Shown in pieces: positions 8,083 through 17,218 of a stretch of DNA of 64,000 nt. Both the position numbers and the translations under genes were made by a program. The notes under the pieces are model-generated. The model was given only the letters and a program-made list of their open reading frames with translations, made no database searches and had not been told where the DNA came from. This DNA comes from Bacillota bacterium (lineage in GTDB: Bacteria; Bacillota; Limnochordia; Darwinibacteriales; Darwinibacteriaceae), in the NCBI GenBank assembly GCA_012521295.1, contig JAAYMS010000103.1, forward strand, positions 9,942 through 73,941. Reading direction: 5' to 3'. The stretch's first letter is position 1; every line of letters begins with the position of its first letter.

Positions 8083-10137
8083 TTACTCTTCTTTACGGCG
8101 TTCTGCTACAATCTGCTCAGCTATTTGAGCTGGTACCTCTTCGTAGTGGCTGAACTTAATGCCGAAGGAACCACGACCCTGTGTCATGGATCTCAAGTCG
8201 ATGGCGTAGCGGAACATTTCAGCCATGGGTACCTGGGCCTTAATAACCTGATGCTTGCCGTCGGGTTCCATACCTAAGATGCGGCCACGTCTCTTATTCA
8301 TGTCACCCATGACGTCACCCATGAATGCCTCGGGAACTCTAACTTCCACGTTCATGATAGGCTCTAATAGAATCGGATTCGCTTCCATAAAGCCCTTCTT
8401 GAACGCCATGTGGGTAGCAATCTTAAAGGCCATTTCCGAAGAGTCCACAGCGTGGTACGAACCATCGAACAAGGTTACCTTAATCTTCTCTACCGGATAG
8501 CCCGCCAGAACACCTTCATCCAGAATTTCCCACAGTCCCTTTTCTACTGCAGGAATGTACTGACGAGGCACGGCGCCGCCGAAAATAGCATCTACAAACA
8601 CCAGGCGTTCTTCTTGATCAGGAGCAGCGGGCTCCAGTTCAAGCCAAACGTGACCGTACTGACCCCGTCCACCGGATTGCTTCTTATGTTTGCCTTCTAC
8701 TTTGGCCCGGCCGCGAATTGCTTCTCGGTAAGGTACCATCGGTGTGGTAAGTTCTACTTCAACGCCGAACTTGCTCTTCAGGCGGTTGCACATGATCTCG
8801 AGATGGAGATCGCCCATACCGCTGATCAGAGTCTGGCCGGTCTCAAAGCTCTTTTCAACCTTAAATGTGGGGTCTTCTTCTGACAGCCGTGCAAGGCCCG
8901 ATCCGATCTTGTCTTCATCGCCCTGAGCCTTGGGAGCTACAGCCATGGTCATGCTTGGCGACGGGAAGGCAATTGGGACAAGTTTAACAGGCCGGTCTTT
9001 CGATGTAAGTGTATCATTAGTGGTGACATCCTGCAGCTTAGCCACCGCACCGATGTCGCCTGCACCAAGTTCGCTCACAGCGATCTGCTCTTTACCCTTA
9101 ATTACGAAGAGCTGTCCGATACGCTCATCCCTGCCTGTCCGGGAGTTGAACACTGTGGAGTCAGACTTAATGGTACCCGAAAATACCCTGAACAGAGTCA
9201 GTTTACCAACATACGGGTCAGCCATAGTCTTAAATACCAAGGCACAGAGAGCATTGTCGCTGGAGGAAACGGTGACTTCCTCATCCTTGAGGGTACCAGG
9301 AACTTCACGTCCAACAGGTGAAGGTGCGCAGCCAACCAGATGGTCCAACAGCAGGTCGATTCCGATATTCTGTGAAGCCGAACCGCACAATACAGGGATT
9401 ACGTCGCCACTTTGCGTACCAATCCGTAGTGCTTTCACGATCTCGTCGTCAGTAAGAGGCTCGCCCTCAAGATACTTCATCATGAGTTCATCGTCAGTCA
9501 CTGACACTGCTTCCATCAGTGCATCACGGGCAGCTTCAACTGCATCCTGCATATCAGCAGGGATATCCATTGCCTTTCCGGTCTTATCAAAGGCCTTCAT
9601 CTTTGTGAGGTCAACAATACCCGAGAAGGTCTCTGCACTACCAATAGGAAGCTGTACCGGTACCACCTGAGGGCCGAAGAAATCACGCAGCTGCTCCACA
9701 ACTCGATCGAAGTTGGCATTTTCGCGATCCATCTTATTGATGAATACGGTGCGAGGAAGCTGTTCTGCATCAGCATAATCCCAAGCCTTTTCTGTTCCGA
9801 CCTCAACACCCGAGGAAGCACATACAACAATCAAAGCCGAATCGGCTACTCTAGCTGCAGCCACAACATCGCCAGCGAAGTCGAAGTAACCAGGAGTATC
9901 TAAAATATTGACCTTATGGTTCTTCCATTCGATAGGTGCCAGCGATGTATTGATCGAAATCTGGCGACGGACCTCTTCTGGATCGTAGTCCATAATTGAT
10001 GTTCCATCGTCGACGCGGCCCAGACGAGAGGTGGCCTTGGAAGCAAAAAGCATTGCTTCAGCAAGAGATGTCTTTCCGGCACCACCGTGGGCCATTAAAG
10101 CAACATTCCGCAAAAACTCAGCTCCATAATTCTTCAC
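8083..10137 (-). CDS. Elongation factor G family GTPase (EF-G paralog, EF-G2-like)
   Basis: 684 aa with EF-G domain order. G1 motif reads AHGGAGKTS rather than the canonical AHIDAGKTT. It is not in an rpsL-rpsG-fusA-tuf context. Confidence 0.85.
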   Translation of the reverse strand: MKNYGAEFLRNVALMAHGGAGKTSLAEAMLFASKATSRLGRVDDGTSIMDYDPEEVRRQISINTSLAPIEWKNHKVNILDTPGYFDFAGDVVAAARVADSALIVVCASSGVEVGTEKAWDYADAEQLPRTVFINKMDRENANFDRVVEQLRDFFGPQVVPVQLPIGSAETFSGIVDLTKMKAFDKTGKAMDIPADMQDAVEAARDALMEAVSVTDDELMMKYLEGEPLTDDEIVKALRIGTQSGDVIPVLCGSASQNIGIDLLLDHLVGCAPSPVGREVPGTLKDEEVTVSSSDNALCALVFKTMADPYVGKLTLFRVFSGTIKSDSTVFNSRTGRDERIGQLFVIKGKEQIAVSELGAGDIGAVAKLQDVTTNDTLTSKDRPVKLVPIAFPSPSMTMAVAPKAQGDEDKIGSGLARLSEEDPTFKVEKSFETGQTLISGMGDLHLEIMCNRLKSKFGVEVELTTPMVPYREAIRGRAKVEGKHKKQSGGRGQYGHVWLELEPAAPDQEERLVFVDAIFGGAVPRQYIPAVEKGLWEILDEGVLAGYPVEKIKVTLFDGSYHAVDSSEMAFKIATHMAFKKGFMEANPILLEPIMNVEVRVPEAFMGDVMGDMNKRRGRILGMEPDGKHQVIKAQVPMAEMFRYAIDLRSMTQGRGSFGIKFSHYEEVPAQIAEQIVAERRKEE

Positions 10138-10281
10138 ACAGTTTCCTCCTCTGTTCTATACACTATACAACGTTATTGCCTGAGGCTTTTTAAGTATTTT
10201 ATTACAAAAAATGTCCCTTGCCAAAGATTCCACGTATAAACGTCGGTCTCCTGCCAGAAAACCCAAAAAGAAAGAATATAC

Positions 10282-11637
10282 TTAATACCACCAGCCCCAC
10301 CGCTGTGTGAAACGAATCTGTTGGCGGGCTCTGTCGACTTCGACTGTCCATCCCAAGTAGTTAAAAATATCGATCGGTACAAACAGATCGTCCCCATCGA
10401 CAAACGCCGCTGCCGATAGAGGAAACCGAAGATTGTCACGCTCGGTGAATCTTTCGCCCACATTTATGCTGACAAAACCGTTGGAACCGATAATATACCA
10501 CGGTTCGCGGCCAAAGAGAGATAAACCAAGGCCCTGTGCGGCACTCGTCAACTCCGCGAAGAACTGACCATCTGCTGTCCGCAGCGTGATCTCTTCTGTA
10601 ATATCCTGTTCACCCAGCAGCACTTTCCAGCGGCCATCGCTAGGCTGCAGCAAGAAGTACTCATTACTTGTGTCCCGCACCAGGTAACTCTCAAAAAAGG
10701 GATAAACCTGTTCACCAGTCACATCGGGCACATTCCAAAGCTCTTTGACGCTGCTTGAGCCGAGCGTGAACATTGACGCTCCTCGCGAAGGAGAAAAGCT
10801 CAACAGGCCGTTCCCCGGAACATAGCTCAGCAGTTCACCTAACTCCGGCGCATGGAAATGCCGCGTAGTGACCACAGTATCATTCTGCCATCGCCAACCA
10901 TAGAGCATCTTCTGGCTGGTAACAACAATCCACTCGGGCCGAGATCCCTCATCAATTACTACGAGGCTTTCAATAGTGCCCCATGGATAGTTTTCCCATA
11001 TTGTAACCAGCTGCTGTTCATCCCATTTTAGCACCGCAACCTGACCCTGACGGCTTGTAAACAGGATCTCCACCACTCCATCGCCGTCAATATCTGCTGC
11101 AGTGAAATGGTTGATGTTTGCAGCACGCCAGAATCGATACAGCTCCCCTTCCCACGATAGATATATTTCTGCATCGCCTTTTCCATTGAGAACCAGGACA
11201 TCTCCCCAGCCATCATCGTTGATGTCATGGACTGCTAACATCTGCACCGGTTCCCAAAGATAACGGGCCCGCCCACTGCGCCTCCAACTGTCGCCCTGCC
11301 GCTCATAAATATAAAAGGCACCTGCGTTATCTGTCCCTACCAGGAGTTCGGGGCGAAAGTCTCCTGTTAAATCACCGGCTGCAAGGGCCGTGACACTTCC
11401 GGGCAGGTCAGAAACCAGCTCCTTTACAACATCATCGTGGGCGACATACACCGAGTTCTGCCTGCCTAAGATCACTTGAGGTTCACCAATATCGAGCAGA
11501 TCATCGACCAAGAGCACTGCCCCTCTTAGTTCAGGCCGATCGATACGTACGTAGGTTTCCGCGAGTGCACTTTCCATACAACTGAATACACCAATGAAAG
11601 ATGAGATAATCAGAAGGATAACTGCAGTCTTGCGCAC
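10282..11637 (-). CDS. Secreted FG-GAP/VCBS-repeat protein with a C-terminal amine-oxidase-N-like domain
   Basis: Signal peptide KTAVILLIISSFIGVFSCMESALA. Repeats DINDDGWGDVLVL, ADIDGDGVVEILF and GDLTGDFRPELLVG. The start is uncertain. GTG/TTG candidates lie between 11637 and 11667 after a GGAGAGGGG RBS. Confidence 0.55.
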   Translation of the reverse strand: MRKTAVILLIISSFIGVFSCMESALAETYVRIDRPELRGAVLLVDDLLDIGEPQVILGRQNSVYVAHDDVVKELVSDLPGSVTALAAGDLTGDFRPELLVGTDNAGAFYIYERQGDSWRRSGRARYLWEPVQMLAVHDINDDGWGDVLVLNGKGDAEIYLSWEGELYRFWRAANINHFTAADIDGDGVVEILFTSRQGQVAVLKWDEQQLVTIWENYPWGTIESLVVIDEGSRPEWIVVTSQKMLYGWRWQNDTVVTTRHFHAPELGELLSYVPGNGLLSFSPSRGASMFTLGSSSVKELWNVPDVTGEQVYPFFESYLVRDTSNEYFLLQPSDGRWKVLLGEQDITEEITLRTADGQFFAELTSAAQGLGLSLFGREPWYIIGSNGFVSINVGERFTERDNLRFPLSAAAFVDGDDLFVPIDIFNYLGWTVEVDRARQQIRFTQRWGWWY

Positions 11638-11864
11638 CAACACTAACCCCTCTCCGAGTGTTTCCACAACTATGAAATAATTAGCGATTTCCTCCCCCTA
11701 TTCCTTCCCATAAAAAACCTAGCATAGCGTTTGTTCGAAAGGGAGGTCTTCTCCATCTGTCGAATCATACATTTCGAAAACAGACTATTTACAGAATGGG
11801 GTGCGTAATGAAATAAAAAGTCTTTCTGATTCTCGCTGCCTGTCTAGTCTTAGGAATCCCTCTC

Positions 11865-12605
11865 ATGGTCATGGATTCAATGCAATCACGCCAAGACAGA
11901 TTCAGAATCCCGAACAGATTCAACCAGTTAGTGGTTGATCTCAATACCGGAAGAAGAACAGACGAGTTAATTCTGGAAAGAACGCTGCAGAGTCCTGCCC
12001 TCGTTGAAATGATCTTTCAATCAGACTCAGAGACTTTGAAACACTTGAGGATTGTGAGCGAAAGTGAAATCATAGGCAGGGATGCGCGTGAAGATGAGAT
12101 CGAGTTAAACAGGTTGATCGGGCCGACGAGTACTTCTGCTTCGCTATTGTTAGGTACGGGCAAGTATGCGCTTTATCTCACAAGCGAAAAGGCACCAGGC
12201 AAGCTTGTCGTAGGCTATCAAGAGACTCCGTACGAACCAGAAGAGTTTGCTCGATTAGAGCGGATACATAGAGGCGAACTAACGAATCCGCCTGATGGTT
12301 ACCAAGAGGTCTACAGCACTTCTCTATCTGGCTTGAGCCTCAATGAAGACACTGTCTACACCCTCACATTAGACAGCACTCAAAGTATTGGTGTCTCTAT
12401 CTATACTTCAGCACGTGAAGGTTACATGAGCGTGGATTTCATTGGCGATAGAGTCGGATGGTGGGGATTGGTAGGAACGGAGCATCGGATCCTTGATCAG
12501 CTTGAAATAACACTTACTCGTGGTGAGTACCATTTTAGGCTGACTTGTGATAATGCGGACGGAGAAGTCTATATATACGTGAAGACCGGTCAGGAGGTTC
12601 GATAA
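11865..12605 (+). CDS. Hypothetical protein, probably a lipoprotein whose signal peptide is interrupted by an in-frame stop (see findings)
   Basis: 246 aa ORF with no SD upstream of its ATG. In-frame upstream sequence reads ATG AAA TAA followed by KVFLILAACLVLGIPL, which has a lipobox LAAC. Confidence 0.45.
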   Translation: MVMDSMQSRQDRFRIPNRFNQLVVDLNTGRRTDELILERTLQSPALVEMIFQSDSETLKHLRIVSESEIIGRDAREDEIELNRLIGPTSTSASLLLGTGKYALYLTSEKAPGKLVVGYQETPYEPEEFARLERIHRGELTNPPDGYQEVYSTSLSGLSLNEDTVYTLTLDSTQSIGVSIYTSAREGYMSVDFIGDRVGWWGLVGTEHRILDQLEITLTRGEYHFRLTCDNADGEVYIYVKTGQEVR

Positions 12606-13478
12606 ATGATTAAACGTCAGTTTCCATCGGTTTCGCAAGTTAATGCCGCATTTTTCATCACAGCAGTATTGACACTGATCAGCAGCATCGTCTTTCGACC
12701 TCGACTTGGCCTTGGTACGAACCTCTGGATCAATGAGTATGTCTACCTCCTGTTCGCTCCCCTGCTGCTTGCGTTTCTAAACAGTTGGCCGCTGGAGGAC
12801 GTCTACAGACTTAAGGAAGCCCCGAGGTTGAGCCTCTTGCTGAGTATCCCAGCGGCCATATGCGTCTGGCCCTTTGCTGCCTATGCTTCCCGAGGGACAA
12901 AAATCCTCCTCGATAGATATGTGGGCGAGATGCCCGCAGGTGGCGACCTCGTTACATCGGTTTACCAAAGCTTTATTCTAGTTATCGGTATGATCATCCT
13001 CGCACCAATCTGCGAAGAGATCTTCTTCAGAGGCATGGTTCAGACTGCCTATGAGAAATACATGGGCAAGCGTGCCTTCTTAGTAGTAGGTCTGATTTTC
13101 GGGGCGTACCATGTCCTGAATGGGGTCAGCGAAATAATACCTACCTCCGTATTAGGCATCGCCATGGGATATTTGGCCCAAGAAACCGACTCCCTGGCCC
13201 CGTCCATGATCTTTCACGCTACAGCCAACATACTGGCAGTGTTCTTTGGAGGTTATCTAGAATCATTAGCCAGCATACCGACGTGGATGCACATCGCAGC
13301 CCCGGGAGCACTAGTGCTAGGAATACTTATTTTGCGGGCCGTACCTCGCAAAAAACCGCTGAATGAGCCCTCGATGCAAAAAGAGCCACTTCCAGCGGTA
13401 GGAACTGCTTTATTGGTGTTGAGTTTCCTCTATCTGATTGGTGTCGGTGTATGGGAAATCACCATTCGGTTGAACTAG
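12606..13478 (+). CDS. CPBP family intramembrane glutamic endopeptidase (CAAX protease/Abi family)
   Basis: Motifs EEIFFRG, FGAYH and FHATAN in a multi-pass membrane protein. Its start is 1 nt after the upstream stop codon. Confidence 0.8.
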   Translation: MIKRQFPSVSQVNAAFFITAVLTLISSIVFRPRLGLGTNLWINEYVYLLFAPLLLAFLNSWPLEDVYRLKEAPRLSLLLSIPAAICVWPFAAYASRGTKILLDRYVGEMPAGGDLVTSVYQSFILVIGMIILAPICEEIFFRGMVQTAYEKYMGKRAFLVVGLIFGAYHVLNGVSEIIPTSVLGIAMGYLAQETDSLAPSMIFHATANILAVFFGGYLESLASIPTWMHIAAPGALVLGILILRAVPRKKPLNEPSMQKEPLPAVGTALLVLSFLYLIGVGVWEITIRLN

Positions 13479-13489
13479 ATAGATAGCAA

Positions 13490-13520
13490 AAAAGCCTTCC
13501 CGCTTGGAGAAGGTTTTTTT
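13490..13520. terminator. Bidirectional rho-independent terminator
   Basis: AAAAAAG CCTTC ... GAAGG TTTTTTT located between the CPBP gene (+) and tRNA-Pro (-). Confidence 0.55.
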
Positions 13521-13541
13521 ACTGCAGTGTTATAAAAAGAA

Positions 13542-13619
<78 letters not shown>

Positions 13620-13670
13620 ACTGCAATTTAGATGATACCACGGATTTCCGCAAAACGCAAGCTCTTTGTG

Positions 13671-14891
13671 TCACGAATTTGTATCGCTTAGGCAAAATCT
13701 CCTATGACATGCAGCGACTGCCGCCTTATACAAGTCTCTTGGTACTAGGCATGAGACCTTGATTTCAGATGTTGTCACCAGTTCGACCGGAATTCCCTCG
13801 TTAGCCAGGGCATCAAACATCTCTGCGGCCACGCCTGGATTGGTCATCATGCCTGCGCCTACAATGGAAACCTTAGCCACATCCTCATTAGCCAGGATCT
13901 TCCACTCATCAGCTCCCTGCAGCTGCTTGATAGCGCTAAGAGCAGCTTTCAGATCGTTCCGCTGTACAGTGAAGGACAAGTTGTCCGTATTGGGCCCGCT
14001 CTGAGCCTTAACAATCATGTCAACGTTAATTCCGTCCTCGGCAAGCATACCGAAGACCAACTGGAGAGCATTTAGGTGGCGCGGAACGCCCAGCAGTACT
14101 ATCTGTGCACAGTTGTCGTCTGAAGCTACTCCTGTAACGGATACCACCTTTTCCATATCCTTCACCTCTCTTACAATCGTGCCGGGACTATCTGAGAAAC
14201 TCGAACGTACGTGCAGCGGCACCCCATATATAGCTGCTACTTCCACAGCGCGCGGCTGCAGAATAAGTGCTCCTAAAGAAGCTAACTCAAGCATTTCATC
14301 GTAGCCCACTTTAGGAAGAAGGCGCGCATCCGCTACTATCCTGGGATCGGCCGTATAGACTCCAGATACATCAGTATATATCTCACAGATATCTGCCTTG
14401 AGGGCCGCTGCTACCGCCACAGCAGTTGTATCGGAGCCTCCTCGGCCAAGTGTAGTGATGTCATTGCTAGGGGTGATACCTTGAAAACCGGCAACGATGA
14501 CGATACATCCGCGCTCTAACTCGGCGACGATCCGCTCGGCATTTACCTCACGAATCTTCGCTTTTGTGTGGCGCTCGTCCGTCAAGATACCGCCCTGCGC
14601 ACCAGTCAGGCTGATCACCTTATGACCAAGTGTATCAATGGCCATCGCTAACAGCGAGATAGAAATCTGCTCACCTGTTGCCAAGAGCATGTCCAACTCT
14701 CGCTTGGGCGGATCCGGGGATATGGTATAGGCCATATCCAATAGCCTGTCCGTTGTATCGCCTTGAGCTGACACTACAACCACAACTTGATTGCCCGCCT
14801 CCGCTGCTCGACATACCCGTTGAGCTACGTTCTTAATTCTCTCTGGCCCAGCAACGGAAGTGCCTCCATATTTTTGCACAACTATGCCCAT
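13671..14891 (-). CDS. Aspartate kinase
   Basis: N-terminus [15 protein letters not shown]-terminal ACT domains. AAGGAG RBS 9 nt upstream of the ATG at 14891. Confidence 0.9.
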   Translation of the reverse strand: MGIVVQKYGGTSVAGPERIKNVAQRVCRAAEAGNQVVVVVSAQGDTTDRLLDMAYTISPDPPKRELDMLLATGEQISISLLAMAIDTLGHKVISLTGAQGGILTDERHTKAKIREVNAERIVAELERGCIVIVAGFQGITPSNDITTLGRGGSDTTAVAVAAALKADICEIYTDVSGVYTADPRIVADARLLPKVGYDEMLELASLGALILQPRAVEVAAIYGVPLHVRSSFSDSPGTIVREVKDMEKVVSVTGVASDDNCAQIVLLGVPRHLNALQLVFGMLAEDGINVDMIVKAQSGPNTDNLSFTVQRNDLKAALSAIKQLQGADEWKILANEDVAKVSIVGAGMMTNPGVAAEMFDALANEGIPVELVTTSEIKVSCLVPRDLYKAAVAACHRRFCLSDTNS

Positions 14892-14949
14892 ATGCACTAG
14901 CTCCTTGTATATACCTGCTTTTACAATACCATATTCTGTGAAAACTCAC

Positions 14950-14979
14950 AATAAAAGAGTGGAGCGAGAATCGCTCCAC
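14950..14979 (-). terminator. Rho-independent terminator after spoIVA
   Basis: GTGGAGCGA gaa TCGCTCCAC stem-loop, followed on the - strand by TCTTTTATT. Confidence 0.7.
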
Positions 14980-15000
14980 CCTAGACTGATCAGCCGTTGG

Positions 15001-16482
15001 TTACAAGATGATGCAGATCAGCCCACCGCTGCCCTCGTTGATTATCTTGCTGAGAGTTTCCTGCAGCTTCTCTTGGGCGTTTTCGGGCATGCGGTACAGC
15101 TTGCTGTTTATCCCTTCCCGGACCATGTCTTGGAGGGAACGTCCAAGGAAGTCGCGATCCCAGAGAGAATCGGGATCCTGCTGGAACTCTTCAATCAGAG
15201 ACTGAACCAGCTCCTCACCTTGTTTCTCAGTGCCTACAAAGGGCGTTACCTCGGTCTGGATGTTAGCCTTAACCATATGGATTGAAGGAGCACTGGCTGT
15301 AAGGCGAATACCGAAATGACGTCCCTGCTTAATCAGCTCAGGCTGTTCAAAGGTGATGTCTTCGAGGCTGGGGATAACAATTCCGTATCCGTGTTCTCTG
15401 ACATGCTGCAGAGCCGTAGCAAGTTTATCGTATTCTTTCTTAGCAACTGACAGATCCTGCATCAATCTCATCAGATGATGGTCGCCCGTTATTTCAAAAC
15501 CAGTCATTTCAGAAAGCACATCGAAGAAGAGATTACCTTGAGCCGTCAAGTTGAGCAGCACGGTACCAGCACCAAGATCGAGTTTAGCAAGAGTAACACT
15601 GTCGACATGATCGCTCTTCGCCAAAGTCTGAACAGCGAAGTTCTCAATATCTCTCAGAGTGCGGATCTGAGCCACGACGTGGTAGACAGCATCTTCATAG
15701 GCCCGGCGCAGCCAATGACTGGGCTGGAGCTCATCGACCCATTTCGGGAAGCGCACACTCAGTTCTCGGATGGGGAACTCAAACAGCACTTCATGGAACA
15801 GATCAATGATGTCACTTCGAGTCATACGCAGACAGTCAATCGGGATTACCGTTACCCCATACCTCTCACTGAGAGATGCAGCCAAATCCCTCGTTTCAGG
15901 GCTATCGGGATGGACGGAGTTCAAGGCCACCAAGAATGGCTTGCCAAGTTCACGCAATTCTTGAATGACCCGTTCTTCGGGCTCCACATAGTCTTCGCGA
16001 GGAATATCGGTGATGGAGCCATCAGTTGTTAACACAATGCCGATTGTAGAGTGTTCCGAAATGACCTTATTGGTCCCCAACTCGGCTGCCTCTTGGAACG
16101 GAATGGCCTGTTCAAACCAGGGCGTCATCACCATGCGGGCGCCATCTTCGTCTTCGTATCCCTTGGCGCTGCGTACAGTGTACCCAACACAGTCTACAAG
16201 ACGAACCTTAGCCGTAACGTTGTCCTGAAAGGCGATTTCCACCGGCTCATCAGGAACAAACTTTGGTTCGGTCGTTGTTATGGTCCGCCCGGCACCACTC
16301 TGAGGCAGCTCGTCCTTAGTGCGCTCTTTAACATAGGGATCAGTTATGTTGGGCATGACCATTAGGTCCATAAATCGCTTGATAAATGTCGATTTTCCTG
16401 TACGCACAGGCCCGACCACACCCACATAGATGCTCCCGCCAGTGCGTTCAGCAATATCGGCAAAAACGCTGAATCTTTCCAT
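15001..16482 (-). CDS. spoIVA: Stage IV sporulation protein A
   Basis: N-terminus MERFSVFADIAERTGGSIYVGVVGPVRTGKSTFIKRF matches SpoIVA, including the Walker A motif. GGAGG RBS upstream of the ATG at 16482. Confidence 0.95.
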   Translation of the reverse strand: MERFSVFADIAERTGGSIYVGVVGPVRTGKSTFIKRFMDLMVMPNITDPYVKERTKDELPQSGAGRTITTTEPKFVPDEPVEIAFQDNVTAKVRLVDCVGYTVRSAKGYEDEDGARMVMTPWFEQAIPFQEAAELGTNKVISEHSTIGIVLTTDGSITDIPREDYVEPEERVIQELRELGKPFLVALNSVHPDSPETRDLAASLSERYGVTVIPIDCLRMTRSDIIDLFHEVLFEFPIRELSVRFPKWVDELQPSHWLRRAYEDAVYHVVAQIRTLRDIENFAVQTLAKSDHVDSVTLAKLDLGAGTVLLNLTAQGNLFFDVLSEMTGFEITGDHHLMRLMQDLSVAKKEYDKLATALQHVREHGYGIVIPSLEDITFEQPELIKQGRHFGIRLTASAPSIHMVKANIQTEVTPFVGTEKQGEELVQSLIEEFQQDPDSLWDRDFLGRSLQDMVREGINSKLYRMPENAQEKLQETLSKIINEGSGGLICIIL

Positions 16483-16590
16483 CAAGGCTTCCCTCCTCAT
16501 CCGGGCCTCTTCCGGTATTGATGCCCGTGCATACACTTCTTGGACACTATAACTATATTAGGAGCCTTGTGGAAATATAACACCAAGCTG

Positions 16591-16621
16591 AAATAAAAAG
16601 AAACCCGGCGAATTGCCGGGC
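16591..16621 (-). terminator. Rho-independent terminator after plsY
   Basis: CCCGGC gaatt GCCGGG stem-loop, followed on the - strand by TTTCTTTTTATTT. Confidence 0.7.
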
Positions 16622-16624
16622 AAA

Positions 16625-17218
16625 TCAGCGTGCCTTATCTCCGAACCTATATTCGGTTCCTGCGAGGAGCCTGCTTATATTGGCCCGATGACGCACAATC
16701 GTAAAGACGCTGATCAGTACTCCTAAGAGGACGATGGGCCAAGGGAAACGGTAGAAAATGAGTAGAATAGGCAACGAAACAGCCGCGAGGATTGAGCCCA
16801 GCGAGACATAGCGCGTGAGCACCACAACACCCAAGAATATCACGAACAAGGCCAACGCTATGCCTGGCGCTACACCGAGAAAGACTCCTGCGGTCGTTGC
16901 TACTCCCTTACCACCCTTAAATCTTAGGAACACAGACCAGTTGTGCCCAGCAATGGCAAACACGCCAATGATGAGGGCGGTCGTTGGGTCTCCACTCACC
17001 TGCCGAGCCAACAGCACAGGTACGTACCCCTTCGCGACATCCAACAGCAAGGTGACCAGCCCAGGCAGGTAACCGACAGTACGCATCACATTGGTCATAC
17101 CGATGTTTCCACTGCCATGCTGCCGAATATCTATCTCAGCCCACAGTTTTGAGACAATCAAACCAAAGGGAATAGAACCCAATAAGTACGCCACGAGCGA
17201 GAGTAAGACGTGCATCAT
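16625..17218 (-). CDS. plsY: Glycerol-3-phosphate acyltransferase PlsY
   Basis: 197 aa membrane protein with GSGNIGMTN and the G-rich PlsY motifs. Confidence 0.9.
   Translation of the reverse strand: MMHVLLSLVAYLLGSIPFGLIVSKLWAEIDIRQHGSGNIGMTNVMRTVGYLPGLVTLLLDVAKGYVPVLLARQVSGDPTTALIIGVFAIAGHNWSVFLRFKGGKGVATTAGVFLGVAPGIALALFVIFLGVVVLTRYVSLGSILAAVSLPILLIFYRFPWPIVLLGVLISVFTIVRHRANISRLLAGTEYRFGDKAR

Noticed and set aside
8930-9670. 246 aa Ser/Thr-rich plus-strand ORF
   Set aside because: It is antisense to the EF-G paralog, whose homology is unambiguous.
14898-14949. Possible lysine (L-box) riboswitch upstream of aspartate kinase
   Set aside because: Only about 50 nt separate the ask start from the spoIVA terminator. 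That is far too short for an L-box aptamer.
16537-16590. Sigma-E-type promoter for spoIVA
   Set aside because: Only loose matches to ATATT / CATACA-T motifs (GTTATATT ... AATATAGT). I could not place a convincing -35/-10 pair by eye. A PSSM scan is needed.
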